Source of the DNA: Halorarum halobium
GTDB taxonomy: Archaea > Halobacteriota > Halobacteria > Halobacteriales > Haloferacaceae
Assembly: GCF_032116555.1 (NCBI RefSeq)
Contig: NZ_CP134949.1
Location: 1,922,001 to 1,986,000 of the forward strand
Length of the DNA stretch: 64,000 nucleotides
Direction: 5' to 3'
In this document: piece after piece, positions 41,328 through 49,598 of the stretch
Layout of the letters: each line of letters opens with the position of its first letter
Position numbering within the stretch: position 1 is the stretch's first letter
Made by a program: the position numbers and the translations under genes
Notes under the pieces: model-generated
The model's database searches: none
What the model was told of the DNA's origin: nothing
What the model saw: the letters and a program-made list of their open reading frames with translations, nothing else

Positions 41328-42563
41328 GTGACGCTCGACCCCATCCACGTCGACACCATCGCGTATCTGGCCTCGGCCATCGCGGACGGGGTCGACGACG
41401 GGGATCACGACGACCTCGCGGGCACCGTCTGGACCGACTGGCTCGACCCGCTCCGGGACGACGGCAGACCGGTCATCGAACCGGTGGGCGAACACGAACT
41501 CCGGCGGGCGAGCGTCGAGGACGCCGCGCTCGCCGAACGACCGTTCCCAACCACCCACGGCGTCGACTCCGGGACGCTGAACCCGACGGCGTTCAAGAAC
41601 GGGCTGGTGCTCGACGTCGCACACGCCGCGATGGGGACCGAGCCGACGGACCTCGACGTCCACCAGTCGCGCTCGATCGTCGTCACCGTCCACGCCACCG
41701 ACGCCACCGTCCACCTCCCGGACGGCTGGAGCCGGTACGACGGCAGCAACAGCGAGCGACGGGTCCTGACGGTCCCTCGCACCCGCCGGTTCGCCGACGA
41801 GACGGTCCACGAACTCGCGCTCTCGCTCGCGGAGTCCCATCACGCGCTCCAGCACAGCCACGTCGTCGACGACCTGCTCGTGCTCGACGGGCCGCTCTAC
41901 CCGAAGCAGCTGCTCAACTGGGCGACGAGGGACCGCGAACTCCGGGACCTGGCGTACGGCGACGCGGTGACGGAGGCCGTCGAGAACTACGTCCGCCTCG
42001 TCGAGCGGCACGTCGAGCGCGAGGTCCCGCTGCTCGGGTTCGTGAAGAACTCGACGTCGCGGTATCTCACCCGGACGCTGGACGCGAAGGGGGTGGAGGC
42101 GCCGTGGCCGGACGACGCGGCGATGTTCACCCGGCTGCTCGAACGGCGGGCCGACGGGGAGCGGGTCACGGACGAACTCACGTTCACGTCCTGGCTGCAC
42201 TCCCGGGGCGGGTCGGACGAACCCCTCTCGGCCTCCGGCGACGCGCTCGGCGTGGAGCGGAACTTAGACCCGGCGCTGTACGAGGTGACGTTCATGTTCG
42301 TCTACGACCCCCGGGGGGACCTGCTGTTCAAGGTCGAGTCGCCCGCGGCGTTCACCGAGGACGAGGCGGTCCGGTCGGCGCTGACGACCCAGGTCGTCTC
42401 GGAGGTGGCAGCCGAACGCGGCCCGCCGCGGGCGGTGGACAAGGCCGACGAACTCGCGGCCATCGGCGTCGGCGAGAAGGAGTCGCTCCGCCGGAAGTTC
42501 GAGGAGCGGTTCGGCAGCGAGTTCCTCCACACGTACGACGACGTCCGGTGGGGCGAGGAGTAG
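41328..42563 (+). CDS. NurA-domain nuclease
   Basis: GTG start; HGVDSG, LLVLDGPLYP and LLGFVKNS RNase H-like NurA motifs; ADELA near the C-terminus. Confidence 0.8.
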   Translation: MTLDPIHVDTIAYLASAIADGVDDGDHDDLAGTVWTDWLDPLRDDGRPVIEPVGEHELRRASVEDAALAERPFPTTHGVDSGTLNPTAFKNGLVLDVAHAAMGTEPTDLDVHQSRSIVVTVHATDATVHLPDGWSRYDGSNSERRVLTVPRTRRFADETVHELALSLAESHHALQHSHVVDDLLVLDGPLYPKQLLNWATRDRELRDLAYGDAVTEAVENYVRLVERHVEREVPLLGFVKNSTSRYLTRTLDAKGVEAPWPDDAAMFTRLLERRADGERVTDELTFTSWLHSRGGSDEPLSASGDALGVERNLDPALYEVTFMFVYDPRGDLLFKVESPAAFTEDEAVRSALTTQVVSEVAAERGPPRAVDKADELAAIGVGEKESLRRKFEERFGSEFLHTYDDVRWGEE

Positions 42564-42612
42564 GCGACCGCCCCGGTTCGTTCGGTGGGGGAGCCGGCAG
42601 TCGGGGCCCTGC

Positions 42613-42948
42613 TCACTCGGGGTCCGCCTTCTCCACCGCGACGTCGACTTCGTCGGCCGCGACGCCGACTCGCGCGAACTGCGTCCTGATGTGCTCTTTT
42701 GCCGCCTCCACCGCCTGGTCGCGCGTGTCGAACCCCCGGGGCATCGGCGACTCGAAGGCGACCTGGATGGTTCGACCGCCGAGTTCGAGGCTCGACCCGC
42801 CGCTCTCCACCTCGTAGAACTCGTCACAGACCCAGACGTACGCCGCGTCCTCCTCGGGCGCGCCCCTGAATCGGGGCGCGTCCTCCCCCCGCTCGTACAC
42901 CGAGCCGGTCAGCTCGGTGCCCCAGGCTTCACCGCGGATGAGCAACAT
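42613..42948 (-). CDS. Haloarchaeal conserved small protein
   Basis: MLLIRG...YVWVCDEFYEVESGG...FESPMPRGF...HIRTQF. Confidence 0.75.
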   Translation of the reverse strand: MLLIRGEAWGTELTGSVYERGEDAPRFRGAPEEDAAYVWVCDEFYEVESGGSSLELGGRTIQVAFESPMPRGFDTRDQAVEAAKEHIRTQFARVGVAADEVDVAVEKADPE

Positions 42949-43047
42949 ACCGACGGTAGGGTTCGGAGCCGGAAAAGTCGCCTCCTCCCGGCGCGGCCCC
43001 CGAGCAGGTGAGCGGTCTTTTTGGTGGGCCCCGCCGTGGCCCGGGAC

Positions 43048-45030
43048 ATGGCCGACTCCGGCGACTCAGAGCTCGGGGACTTCCAGGACGTTTCCTCGTC
43101 CGTCGACGGCGGCTCCGACCACGACGGGTCCGGCGACGCGCACGGGAGCGGTGGGACGGACGAGCCCTCCGAGGGGTCCACCGATTCGGGGTCCGACGAC
43201 GGGGGATCCGGCTCAGTCGAGGGGGGCGCTGGCTCCGTCGACGAGGGATCAGGCTCCGTCGGCGACGACGATGAGGCGGCCGACGGGTTCGCCCAGTACG
43301 CGATGGACGCCGCCGCCGGTCCCGCGGCGACCGGCATCGGGACCCTCTCGGTCGCACAGGGGCTGTGCGTCTCCGAGGACGGCGAGGAGACGAGCCTGAA
43401 GGCGTTCGTCACCACCGGGAACCGCGAGGGGATCAGGCTCGGCACGTACCTGCTCGTGCCGTATCCGGACGGCGAGACGATGTTCTCGCGAATCACCGCG
43501 CTGGAGTACGCCCAGGAGTTCCACACGGACGACGCGACCGAACTCACCGCGCGCCGTCGCCTCCAGGGCAACGGCGACGCGTTCAGCGAGGCCGACTACA
43601 AGTTCGTCGCGGACCTCGACCCGACCGCCGTCCTGTTCTCCGATGACGGCGGCACCGCCGGCGACGGCGAGGGCCCCGACGACGACCTCAAGCGGCGGAT
43701 GGTCGACCGCGTTCCGAAACCGGGCGCGCCGATCAGGCAGGCGACCGACGCCGAGCAGATCAAGACCGGCCTCGCCATCCCGGAGGAGGGCGTGTTCCTC
43801 GGCCACCTCTCCGTTGGCGGCGAGAAGGTTCGGACCGCGGCCGAACCGCCGACGGTGGACTACCGGCTGAAGGACGACTACGCCGACGGCGACCCGCTGG
43901 TGTTCCGCCACACGCTCGTCGCCGGGGGCACCGGGTCGGGCAAGACCCACGGCGCGAAGAACGTCCTCCGGCAGTACCTCGGGCGCAGCTACGAGATGGA
44001 CGACGGCAGGGACGCGAAAGCGGCCGTCGTCATGTTCGACCCGCAGGACGAGTACGCCCAGATGCACGACGACAACCCCGCGTTCGACGGCGACTGGGCG
44101 AGGCGGCTGGATCGGGAAGGCATCGAACACGGTGGCCACGATGACACCGTCGCGCTCGTCCCGAAGGAGGCCGGCACGAGCTATCCCGGCGTGGGCCACC
44201 GCGCGGAACAGGTCGAGTTCACCGTCCCGTTCAGCATCGTCGACGAGTACGACATGCCGTGGCTCGTCGCCGGCGCGTCGCTGAACGACAACCAGTACCC
44301 GGCGCTCCTGACGCTGCTGAACCGGTTCTTCCGCAACTACGACGACGGCACCTACGAGCAGTTCCTCTCGTTCCTCGACGACCCGGCGCTGAAGGAGGAA
44401 CTCCACGAGTCCGGCCGGGTCCACGAGGCGACCTACGACGCCGTGAAGCGTCGGGTTCGGGGCATCCCCTCCGGCGTGTTCGATCAGGACGCGAAACCGA
44501 TCACGGAACTGGACACGACGCTCGTCCGCTCGGGCGGGCTGACGGTCATCCCGACGTACCACCTCTCCTCGGCCCGCGCGAAGGAGATGTTCGTGCTCGC
44601 CGTCTCCGCGATGCTCGTGGACGACAAGCTCTCGAACGACCCGAACAGCGCGCGCGTCGACGAGACGCCGCTCGTGCTCGGGATGGACGAGGCGCACAAC
44701 TTCCTCGCGGACGCCGAGAACGTGCAGGCCCAGAAGGTCGTCCAGAAGTTCACCGAGGCCGCAAAGCAGGGCCGGAAGGAACGGCTCGGCCTGTTCCTCG
44801 TCACGCAGGACCCCCAGGACGTCGCGGATCCGGTGTTCAAGCAGGTGAACACGCGGCTCGTCCTCAACCTCGGCGACGAGGACGCGATCCGGAGCGTGAA
44901 CATCCCGCCGGAGCTGACCGGGAAGGTGCCGTACATGGAGAAGGGCCAGATGGTCGTCTACTCGCCCGACAACTCGGAGCCGGTGGAGGTAACCGGCCTG
45001 CCGGTGTGTGTGACCAGACACGGCGAGTGA
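43048..45030 (+). CDS. HerA/FtsK-family ATPase (DUF87-like) with acidic disordered N-terminus
   Basis: RHTLVAGGTGSGKT, FDPQDEY, LGMDEAHNF, QGRKERLGLFLVTQ; HAS-barrel-like region before the ATPase. Confidence 0.88.
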   Translation: MADSGDSELGDFQDVSSSVDGGSDHDGSGDAHGSGGTDEPSEGSTDSGSDDGGSGSVEGGAGSVDEGSGSVGDDDEAADGFAQYAMDAAAGPAATGIGTLSVAQGLCVSEDGEETSLKAFVTTGNREGIRLGTYLLVPYPDGETMFSRITALEYAQEFHTDDATELTARRRLQGNGDAFSEADYKFVADLDPTAVLFSDDGGTAGDGEGPDDDLKRRMVDRVPKPGAPIRQATDAEQIKTGLAIPEEGVFLGHLSVGGEKVRTAAEPPTVDYRLKDDYADGDPLVFRHTLVAGGTGSGKTHGAKNVLRQYLGRSYEMDDGRDAKAAVVMFDPQDEYAQMHDDNPAFDGDWARRLDREGIEHGGHDDTVALVPKEAGTSYPGVGHRAEQVEFTVPFSIVDEYDMPWLVAGASLNDNQYPALLTLLNRFFRNYDDGTYEQFLSFLDDPALKEELHESGRVHEATYDAVKRRVRGIPSGVFDQDAKPITELDTTLVRSGGLTVIPTYHLSSARAKEMFVLAVSAMLVDDKLSNDPNSARVDETPLVLGMDEAHNFLADAENVQAQKVVQKFTEAAKQGRKERLGLFLVTQDPQDVADPVFKQVNTRLVLNLGDEDAIRSVNIPPELTGKVPYMEKGQMVVYSPDNSEPVEVTGLPVCVTRHGE

Positions 45031-45117
45031 CGACCGGGTCCCCCGACCGAACTTCGGGTGACTGCGGGGGACCGGTTCGCCGTCAGCATTTTGCGGTCGC
45101 ATATGCTACCATTCCGC

Positions 45118-45537
45118 ATGAAAAAGCGGATCCTCGTCGCCTTCGACGGCACCGAACAGTCGGCCGCCGCCCTAGAGTACGCGGCCGAGGAGTGGCCCGA
45201 CGCGGAGCTGGTCCTCCTCACCGTCATCGACCCCTCGGAGGGCTCGTTCAGCGCCGGTCGGGGCGTCCCCAGCGGGTCCGAGGAGTGGTACGAGACGATG
45301 AAAACCAGGGCGGAGGGGACCCTGGCCGACGGCGCGGCGCTCGTGGACCGGGACGTCGAGACCGTGACCGAGGTCGGCGGACCCGCCGGGGCGATCGTCG
45401 ACTACGCCGAGGAGGCCGACGTGGACGTCGTCGTGGTTGGGAGCCACGGCCGACGGGGCATCTCGCGGATGGTCCTCGGCAGCGTCGCGGAGCAGGTCGT
45501 CCGCACCTCGCCGGTCCCGGTGCTGGTCGTCCGGTAG
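45118..45537 (+). CDS. Universal stress protein
   Basis: ILVAFDG, VVVGSHGRRG...LGSVAEQVVR.SPVPVLVV. Confidence 0.95.
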   Translation: MKKRILVAFDGTEQSAAALEYAAEEWPDAELVLLTVIDPSEGSFSAGRGVPSGSEEWYETMKTRAEGTLADGAALVDRDVETVTEVGGPAGAIVDYAEEADVDVVVVGSHGRRGISRMVLGSVAEQVVRTSPVPVLVVR

Positions 45538-45671
45538 CGTACCGAGTCCCACGCCGTACCGCCTTCCGGTGACCGCCCCGAACCCGATCCGTCACGGCCC
45601 GCGCCACGACCGTTTTCAACGCCGATAGACGGGGCGAAGCGTTTAGGGTGGGCCACCCGCCCGACCAGAGT

Positions 45672-46208
45672 ATGGGAGCGAGGAGCGGAACGCTGGCGGT
45701 GCTGGTCGTGGTGCTCGTGGCCGCGCTCGCGGCGGGGTCGGTCGCGGGGGCCGAGGACACCCCGTGCGAGGCGGACGGGGAGAAGAAGTTCTGTCTCACC
45801 GAGGTCAGCCTCTCGACGGAGAGCATGACCGCCGGACAGTCGGCGACGCTCGACGTGACGGTGCGAAACGAGGGGAACGCGACGGCGAACGCGACGGTCG
45901 TGTTGAACACCGTCGACCCGAACAACGTCACCCAGTCGTACAACCTGCGGGAGCAGCGACTCGAACCGGGCGAGGAGGTGAGCCTCTCACAGCAACTCGA
46001 CGCGACGACGCCGGGGATGCACGGGATGCAGGTGCTCGTGTTCGGCGACTCCATTGGGCACCGCTACGACGCCTCCGCGGCGAAGACGCTCTCGGTCGAG
46101 GAACAGACGCCCGGGCTGGGCGGTCCGCTCGACCGCGCGGAGTTCGCGCTCGTCGCGCTGCTGGGCTCCATCGGCGTGCTGGGGTTCATGACCTACCGGA
46201 CCGACTGA
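45672..46208 (+). CDS. Secreted CARDB/Ig-like protein with C-terminal membrane anchor
   Basis: Signal peptide, VTVRNEGNAT...LEPGE Ig-like pattern, QTPGLG followed by a TM helix. Confidence 0.7.
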   Translation: MGARSGTLAVLVVVLVAALAAGSVAGAEDTPCEADGEKKFCLTEVSLSTESMTAGQSATLDVTVRNEGNATANATVVLNTVDPNNVTQSYNLREQRLEPGEEVSLSQQLDATTPGMHGMQVLVFGDSIGHRYDASAAKTLSVEEQTPGLGGPLDRAEFALVALLGSIGVLGFMTYRTD

Positions 46209-46217
46209 CACGGCTTC

Positions 46218-46270
46218 GCCGGGGTTCGACGAGCGAGCGAACGAAGTGAGCGAGCGAGGAGGACCCCGGT
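46218..46270. repeat. REP-like hairpin between convergent genes; possible terminator, possibly related to the larger repeat family
   Basis: CCGGGGT...ACCCCGG outer stem enclosing CGAGCGAGCGAACGAAGTGAGCGAGCG; the reverse strand GCTCACTTCGTTCGC resembles GCTCACTACGTTCGC at ~34951. Confidence 0.6.
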
Positions 46271-46283
46271 CAAAAGAGGTTCC

Positions 46284-47462
46284 CTAGAAGATGTTCGCCT
46301 GCCGGTAGACCGAGATTCCTTCGCCGGTGATCTCGTAGGGCTTCGTCTCGCGGGAGTGGTTCGCGTCGCGGATCTTCTGGATCTCAACCGCCAGCCGCGT
46401 CTCACGGAAGTCCGAGGGGCGGACGTACTGGAGGATGAACACCGCGTCCGTGAGATACTCCACGATGCCGTGCCGGGAGGCGTAGGCGTTCTCCTCGCTC
46501 GCCTCGGAGGTCAGCATCGTCGTCACGCCGGCGTCCTTTAGCGACCGCGCGAAGTCGAACACCTCAGAGCGCCGCTTCGACGGGTGGTCGTACATCATCT
46601 CCAGCAGGGAGACCGAGTCCAGGACGAGCCTGTCGGCGTCGAACTCCTCGACGAGCCGCGAGATGTCGTCCCGGATGGAGTCGAGCGAGTTCGCCATCTC
46701 GATCGGATCCATCGACACGACCGCGAGCCTGTCCTCCTCGACGTACTCGCGGTACGACCAGCCCTTCTCCTCGGCCGTCGAGAGGATCGCATCCCGGCAC
46801 TCCTCGAGGGTGATGTAGACGGCCTTGCCGTCGCTCGTCAGCGCCTCGTTGAGGAACTGGAGCCCGAACGTCGTCTTCCCGGTGCCGGCGCTCCCGATGA
46901 CCGTCATCAGCGACCGCCGGGGGACGCCCCCGAGGATCATCTCGTCGAGGCCGCCGATGCCGACGTCGATCCGCTCGATGTCGGAGTCGAACGCCTCCTC
47001 GTCGAACTCGACCCCGCCGCCGCCGAACCCGCCACCCTCCCCGGCCGTGCCGACGCCGCCGTCTCCGGTGCCCATGCCGAAGTCGTCGCTGCCCCCGGTT
47101 CCGAAGCCGCCGCCCCCGCCGAACCCGTCTCGCTCGCCGCCCGGGGAGGGGGCACCGCCCATCGCGTCGGCGAAGTCCTGTCCGAACGGGTCCGCCCCGT
47201 CGGACTCGGTTCCCTCGGCGTCCGCCGCACCGAACCCCGCGTCGGCTCCGGGTCCGTCGGGGCTACCGAACTCGCCGTCAGCCGCACCCGCGTCGAACCC
47301 GTCGGAGTCGTCACCGAACCCGTCGTCGGTTCGGCCACGCTCGGCCGCATCCGGACCGGCGGCGGAGCCGTCCTCGTCGTCGGCCGAATCGCCGTCCACG
47401 TCCTCCTCGTCGTCCTCGCGGAGCGCCCGCTCGAACCAGTCGTCCCCGTCCTCGTCGCTCAC
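46284..47462 (-). CDS. KaiC-domain (RAD55-like) ATPase with long Gly/Asp/Phe-rich N-terminus
   Basis: GLDEMILGGVP, GSAGTGKTT, YITLEE, LVLDS, IQKIR; GTG start VSDEDGDDWFE. Confidence 0.9.
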   Translation of the reverse strand: MSDEDGDDWFERALREDDEEDVDGDSADDEDGSAAGPDAAERGRTDDGFGDDSDGFDAGAADGEFGSPDGPGADAGFGAADAEGTESDGADPFGQDFADAMGGAPSPGGERDGFGGGGGFGTGGSDDFGMGTGDGGVGTAGEGGGFGGGGVEFDEEAFDSDIERIDVGIGGLDEMILGGVPRRSLMTVIGSAGTGKTTFGLQFLNEALTSDGKAVYITLEECRDAILSTAEEKGWSYREYVEEDRLAVVSMDPIEMANSLDSIRDDISRLVEEFDADRLVLDSVSLLEMMYDHPSKRRSEVFDFARSLKDAGVTTMLTSEASEENAYASRHGIVEYLTDAVFILQYVRPSDFRETRLAVEIQKIRDANHSRETKPYEITGEGISVYRQANIF

Positions 47463-47607
47463 GCGGGCCACCCCGGCAGGCGTGTCGCGGACGACCGACC
47501 GGCGTCGCGCGCCTTCATCACGGTGCAAGAGCGTGCCGGACGCCATGAATGTTCCCCAGCGGTTCGGGGTCGGCGGGGTTTTTGTCGGGGGCAGCCAACC
47601 TCGGGGC

Positions 47608-48429
47608 ATGGACGTCGGCATCGTCGCCCAGAAGGGGAACACCCGGGCAACGTACCTCGCGTCGGACGTGGCCGACCGCCTGGCGGCGGTCGACGTTCGC
47701 GTCCGCCTCGACGAGGTGACCGCCGACGCGCTCGACGCGTCCGGGATTTCGATGGACGAGATGGACGCGACGGACCTGGTCGTCTCCATCGGCGGCGACG
47801 GCACCTTCCTCTTCGCGGCGCGCGCGGCCGGCGGGACGCCGGTGCTCGGGGTGAACCTCGGGGAGGTCGGCTTCCTCAACGCGGTCCCGCCGGCCGAGGC
47901 GGTCGACGCGATCCTCGCCGAGGTCGAAGCGTTCCGGGACGGCGAGATGACGATCCGGGAGGCCCCCCGACTCGCGGCGACCTGCCGTGACTGGGAGAGC
48001 GCACACGCGGCCAACGAGATCGCCGTGCAGGGATCACGGCGGGGCCACGGCGGCGGCGTCGGCATCGAGGTGCGCGTCGACGGCTCGCTCTACTCGGGCG
48101 GGCACGCCGACGGCGTCCTCGTGGCAACCCCGACGGGGTCGACGGCGTATAACCTCTCCGAGCGCGGCCCGCTCGTCCATCCGAGCGTCGACGGCCTCGT
48201 CGTCAACGAGATGTGTGCGACCGGCGGAATGCCGCCGCTGGTCGTCGCGCCGGACGTCACCGTGAGCGTCACGCTCACCGACGCGGACGGAGCGGTCGTC
48301 ATCAGCGACGGCCGACGGCCTCACACGGTGGAGGTCCCGACGGAGGTCGTCGTCGAGCGCGCCGGCCCGCCGGTCCGGGTCGCCGGGCCGTCCTCGGACT
48401 TCTTCGAGGCGCTGAAGAAACTGGAGTGA
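47608..48429 (+). CDS. NAD(+)/NADH kinase
   Basis: GGDGTFL, GVNLGEVGFL, ANE, DGVLVATPTGSTAYNLS. Confidence 0.95.
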   Translation: MDVGIVAQKGNTRATYLASDVADRLAAVDVRVRLDEVTADALDASGISMDEMDATDLVVSIGGDGTFLFAARAAGGTPVLGVNLGEVGFLNAVPPAEAVDAILAEVEAFRDGEMTIREAPRLAATCRDWESAHAANEIAVQGSRRGHGGGVGIEVRVDGSLYSGGHADGVLVATPTGSTAYNLSERGPLVHPSVDGLVVNEMCATGGMPPLVVAPDVTVSVTLTDADGAVVISDGRRPHTVEVPTEVVVERAGPPVRVAGPSSDFFEALKKLE

Positions 48430-48441
48430 GGTCGGTCCGGT

Positions 48442-49461
48442 TCAGTCGAAGCGAACCGTCGCGGCCTCCGGATCGAGCGTCGCGGTCGCACCGAGCGGGA
48501 GCGGGAAGATCGGCGAGGTGTGCCCGAAGTCGACGTCGAAGGCGGCGGTCGCGTCCTCGCAGTACCGATCCAGTTCCCGGTTCACCGCTGCCCGGACGTT
48601 CGCACGATACTCGTCGAACTCGCGCGAGTAGTCCAGCGTGGGGTTGTTCGCCTGCGGGCGGGCCACGAGTACGCCCGCGAACCGCTCCAACCAGCCGCGC
48701 TCGCCGAGCGAGCGGAGCAGGTAGCCGACCTCGTCGGGGTCGGGCAGCGTTTCGGACGTCTCCAGGGCCAACACGGCGCCGTCCAGGTGCTCGGGCTCCG
48801 GCAGGTAGCGCTCCGTTTGGAGGTGCCATCCGACGATGGCGAGACAGCCGCCCCAGGTCGGCCCGGAAACCGTGCCGCGGTCGCGCCAGGTCCAGTCCGG
48901 GGCGTCGTGCCAGTCCCTGGACTCACCCGACTCGAAGTCGTACCAGTCGTCGGTCCACTCGGCCGCCGGCTCGACCGGGCCGAGCGCGTCGTCGAACAGC
49001 GCGCGGTCGAGGTACCGCGCGGTGTAGGGGTGCAACTCGGGGTCCACGACGAGGTCCGGCAGCGCGGTCGCGCCCCAGGACACCTGCCCCAGCGTCCAGA
49101 GCAGCAGCCGCAGGTTGTCGTTGTCCGAGTAGCCGAGGAATCGGGTCGGATTCGATCGGAGCCGCTCAGGGTCGAGATGCTTGAGGACGCGAAGCTGGTC
49201 GTCGCCGCCGGTCGCCGCGAGCACCGCGCCCACGTCGGGGTCCTCGAACGCGCCCATCAGCTCCTCGGCGCGCTCCGCCGGCGGTGCCGGGCCGTCCGCC
49301 GGGTCGCGGTCGGCGGTCGGGTAGCTGACCACGTCGAGGTCGAACCGGCCCGCGAGGCGACGCTCCGCGACGTCGATCAGTTCGTCCGGAATCGGCCGGG
49401 ACGGCGCGAGGATCGCCACCGTGTCGCCCGACGAGAGGGCGGGAGGGCGCGTGTGCTCCAT
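48442..49461 (-). CDS. S66-family peptidase (LD-carboxypeptidase/MccF-like)
   Basis: ILAPS, GGDDQ, GYSDN (Ser), LETSE (Glu), DFGHT (His). Confidence 0.92.
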   Translation of the reverse strand: MEHTRPPALSSGDTVAILAPSRPIPDELIDVAERRLAGRFDLDVVSYPTADRDPADGPAPPAERAEELMGAFEDPDVGAVLAATGGDDQLRVLKHLDPERLRSNPTRFLGYSDNDNLRLLLWTLGQVSWGATALPDLVVDPELHPYTARYLDRALFDDALGPVEPAAEWTDDWYDFESGESRDWHDAPDWTWRDRGTVSGPTWGGCLAIVGWHLQTERYLPEPEHLDGAVLALETSETLPDPDEVGYLLRSLGERGWLERFAGVLVARPQANNPTLDYSREFDEYRANVRAAVNRELDRYCEDATAAFDVDFGHTSPIFPLPLGATATLDPEAATVRFD

Positions 49462-49521
49462 GTATCCGGCAAAAGCGGCGGTGCGGACCAAAGGTCCATC
49501 GACGGTGTGTGAACCGTTGGC

Positions 49522-49536
49522 TTGCGAATTTCGCAA
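49522..49536. promoter_or_regulatory. Perfect inverted repeat in the divergent S66 peptidase/carB promoter region; candidate operator
   Basis: TTGCGAA-T-TTCGCAA lies ~35 bp upstream of the TATA-like CTTATTA (~49569) preceding carB. Confidence 0.5.
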
Positions 49537-49598
49537 ACTCGCTACGAATATCGAGGCGCTTCGCCGAGCTTATTACGATACGCGAACTCGTCCCGACA

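Noticed and set aside
41328..45030. HerA plus nuclease as an anti-phage defence system
   Set aside because: It sits among housekeeping genes with host-like composition, and no SIR2 or other defence partners are present; repair or housekeeping is more parsimonious
46284..47462. Circadian clock system
   Set aside because: Single KaiC domain and no kaiA/kaiB; such ATPases are widespread in archaea
48442..49461. Microcin C immunity or biosynthesis locus
   Set aside because: Stand-alone S66 peptidase with no mccB-like adenylase or precursor peptide nearby
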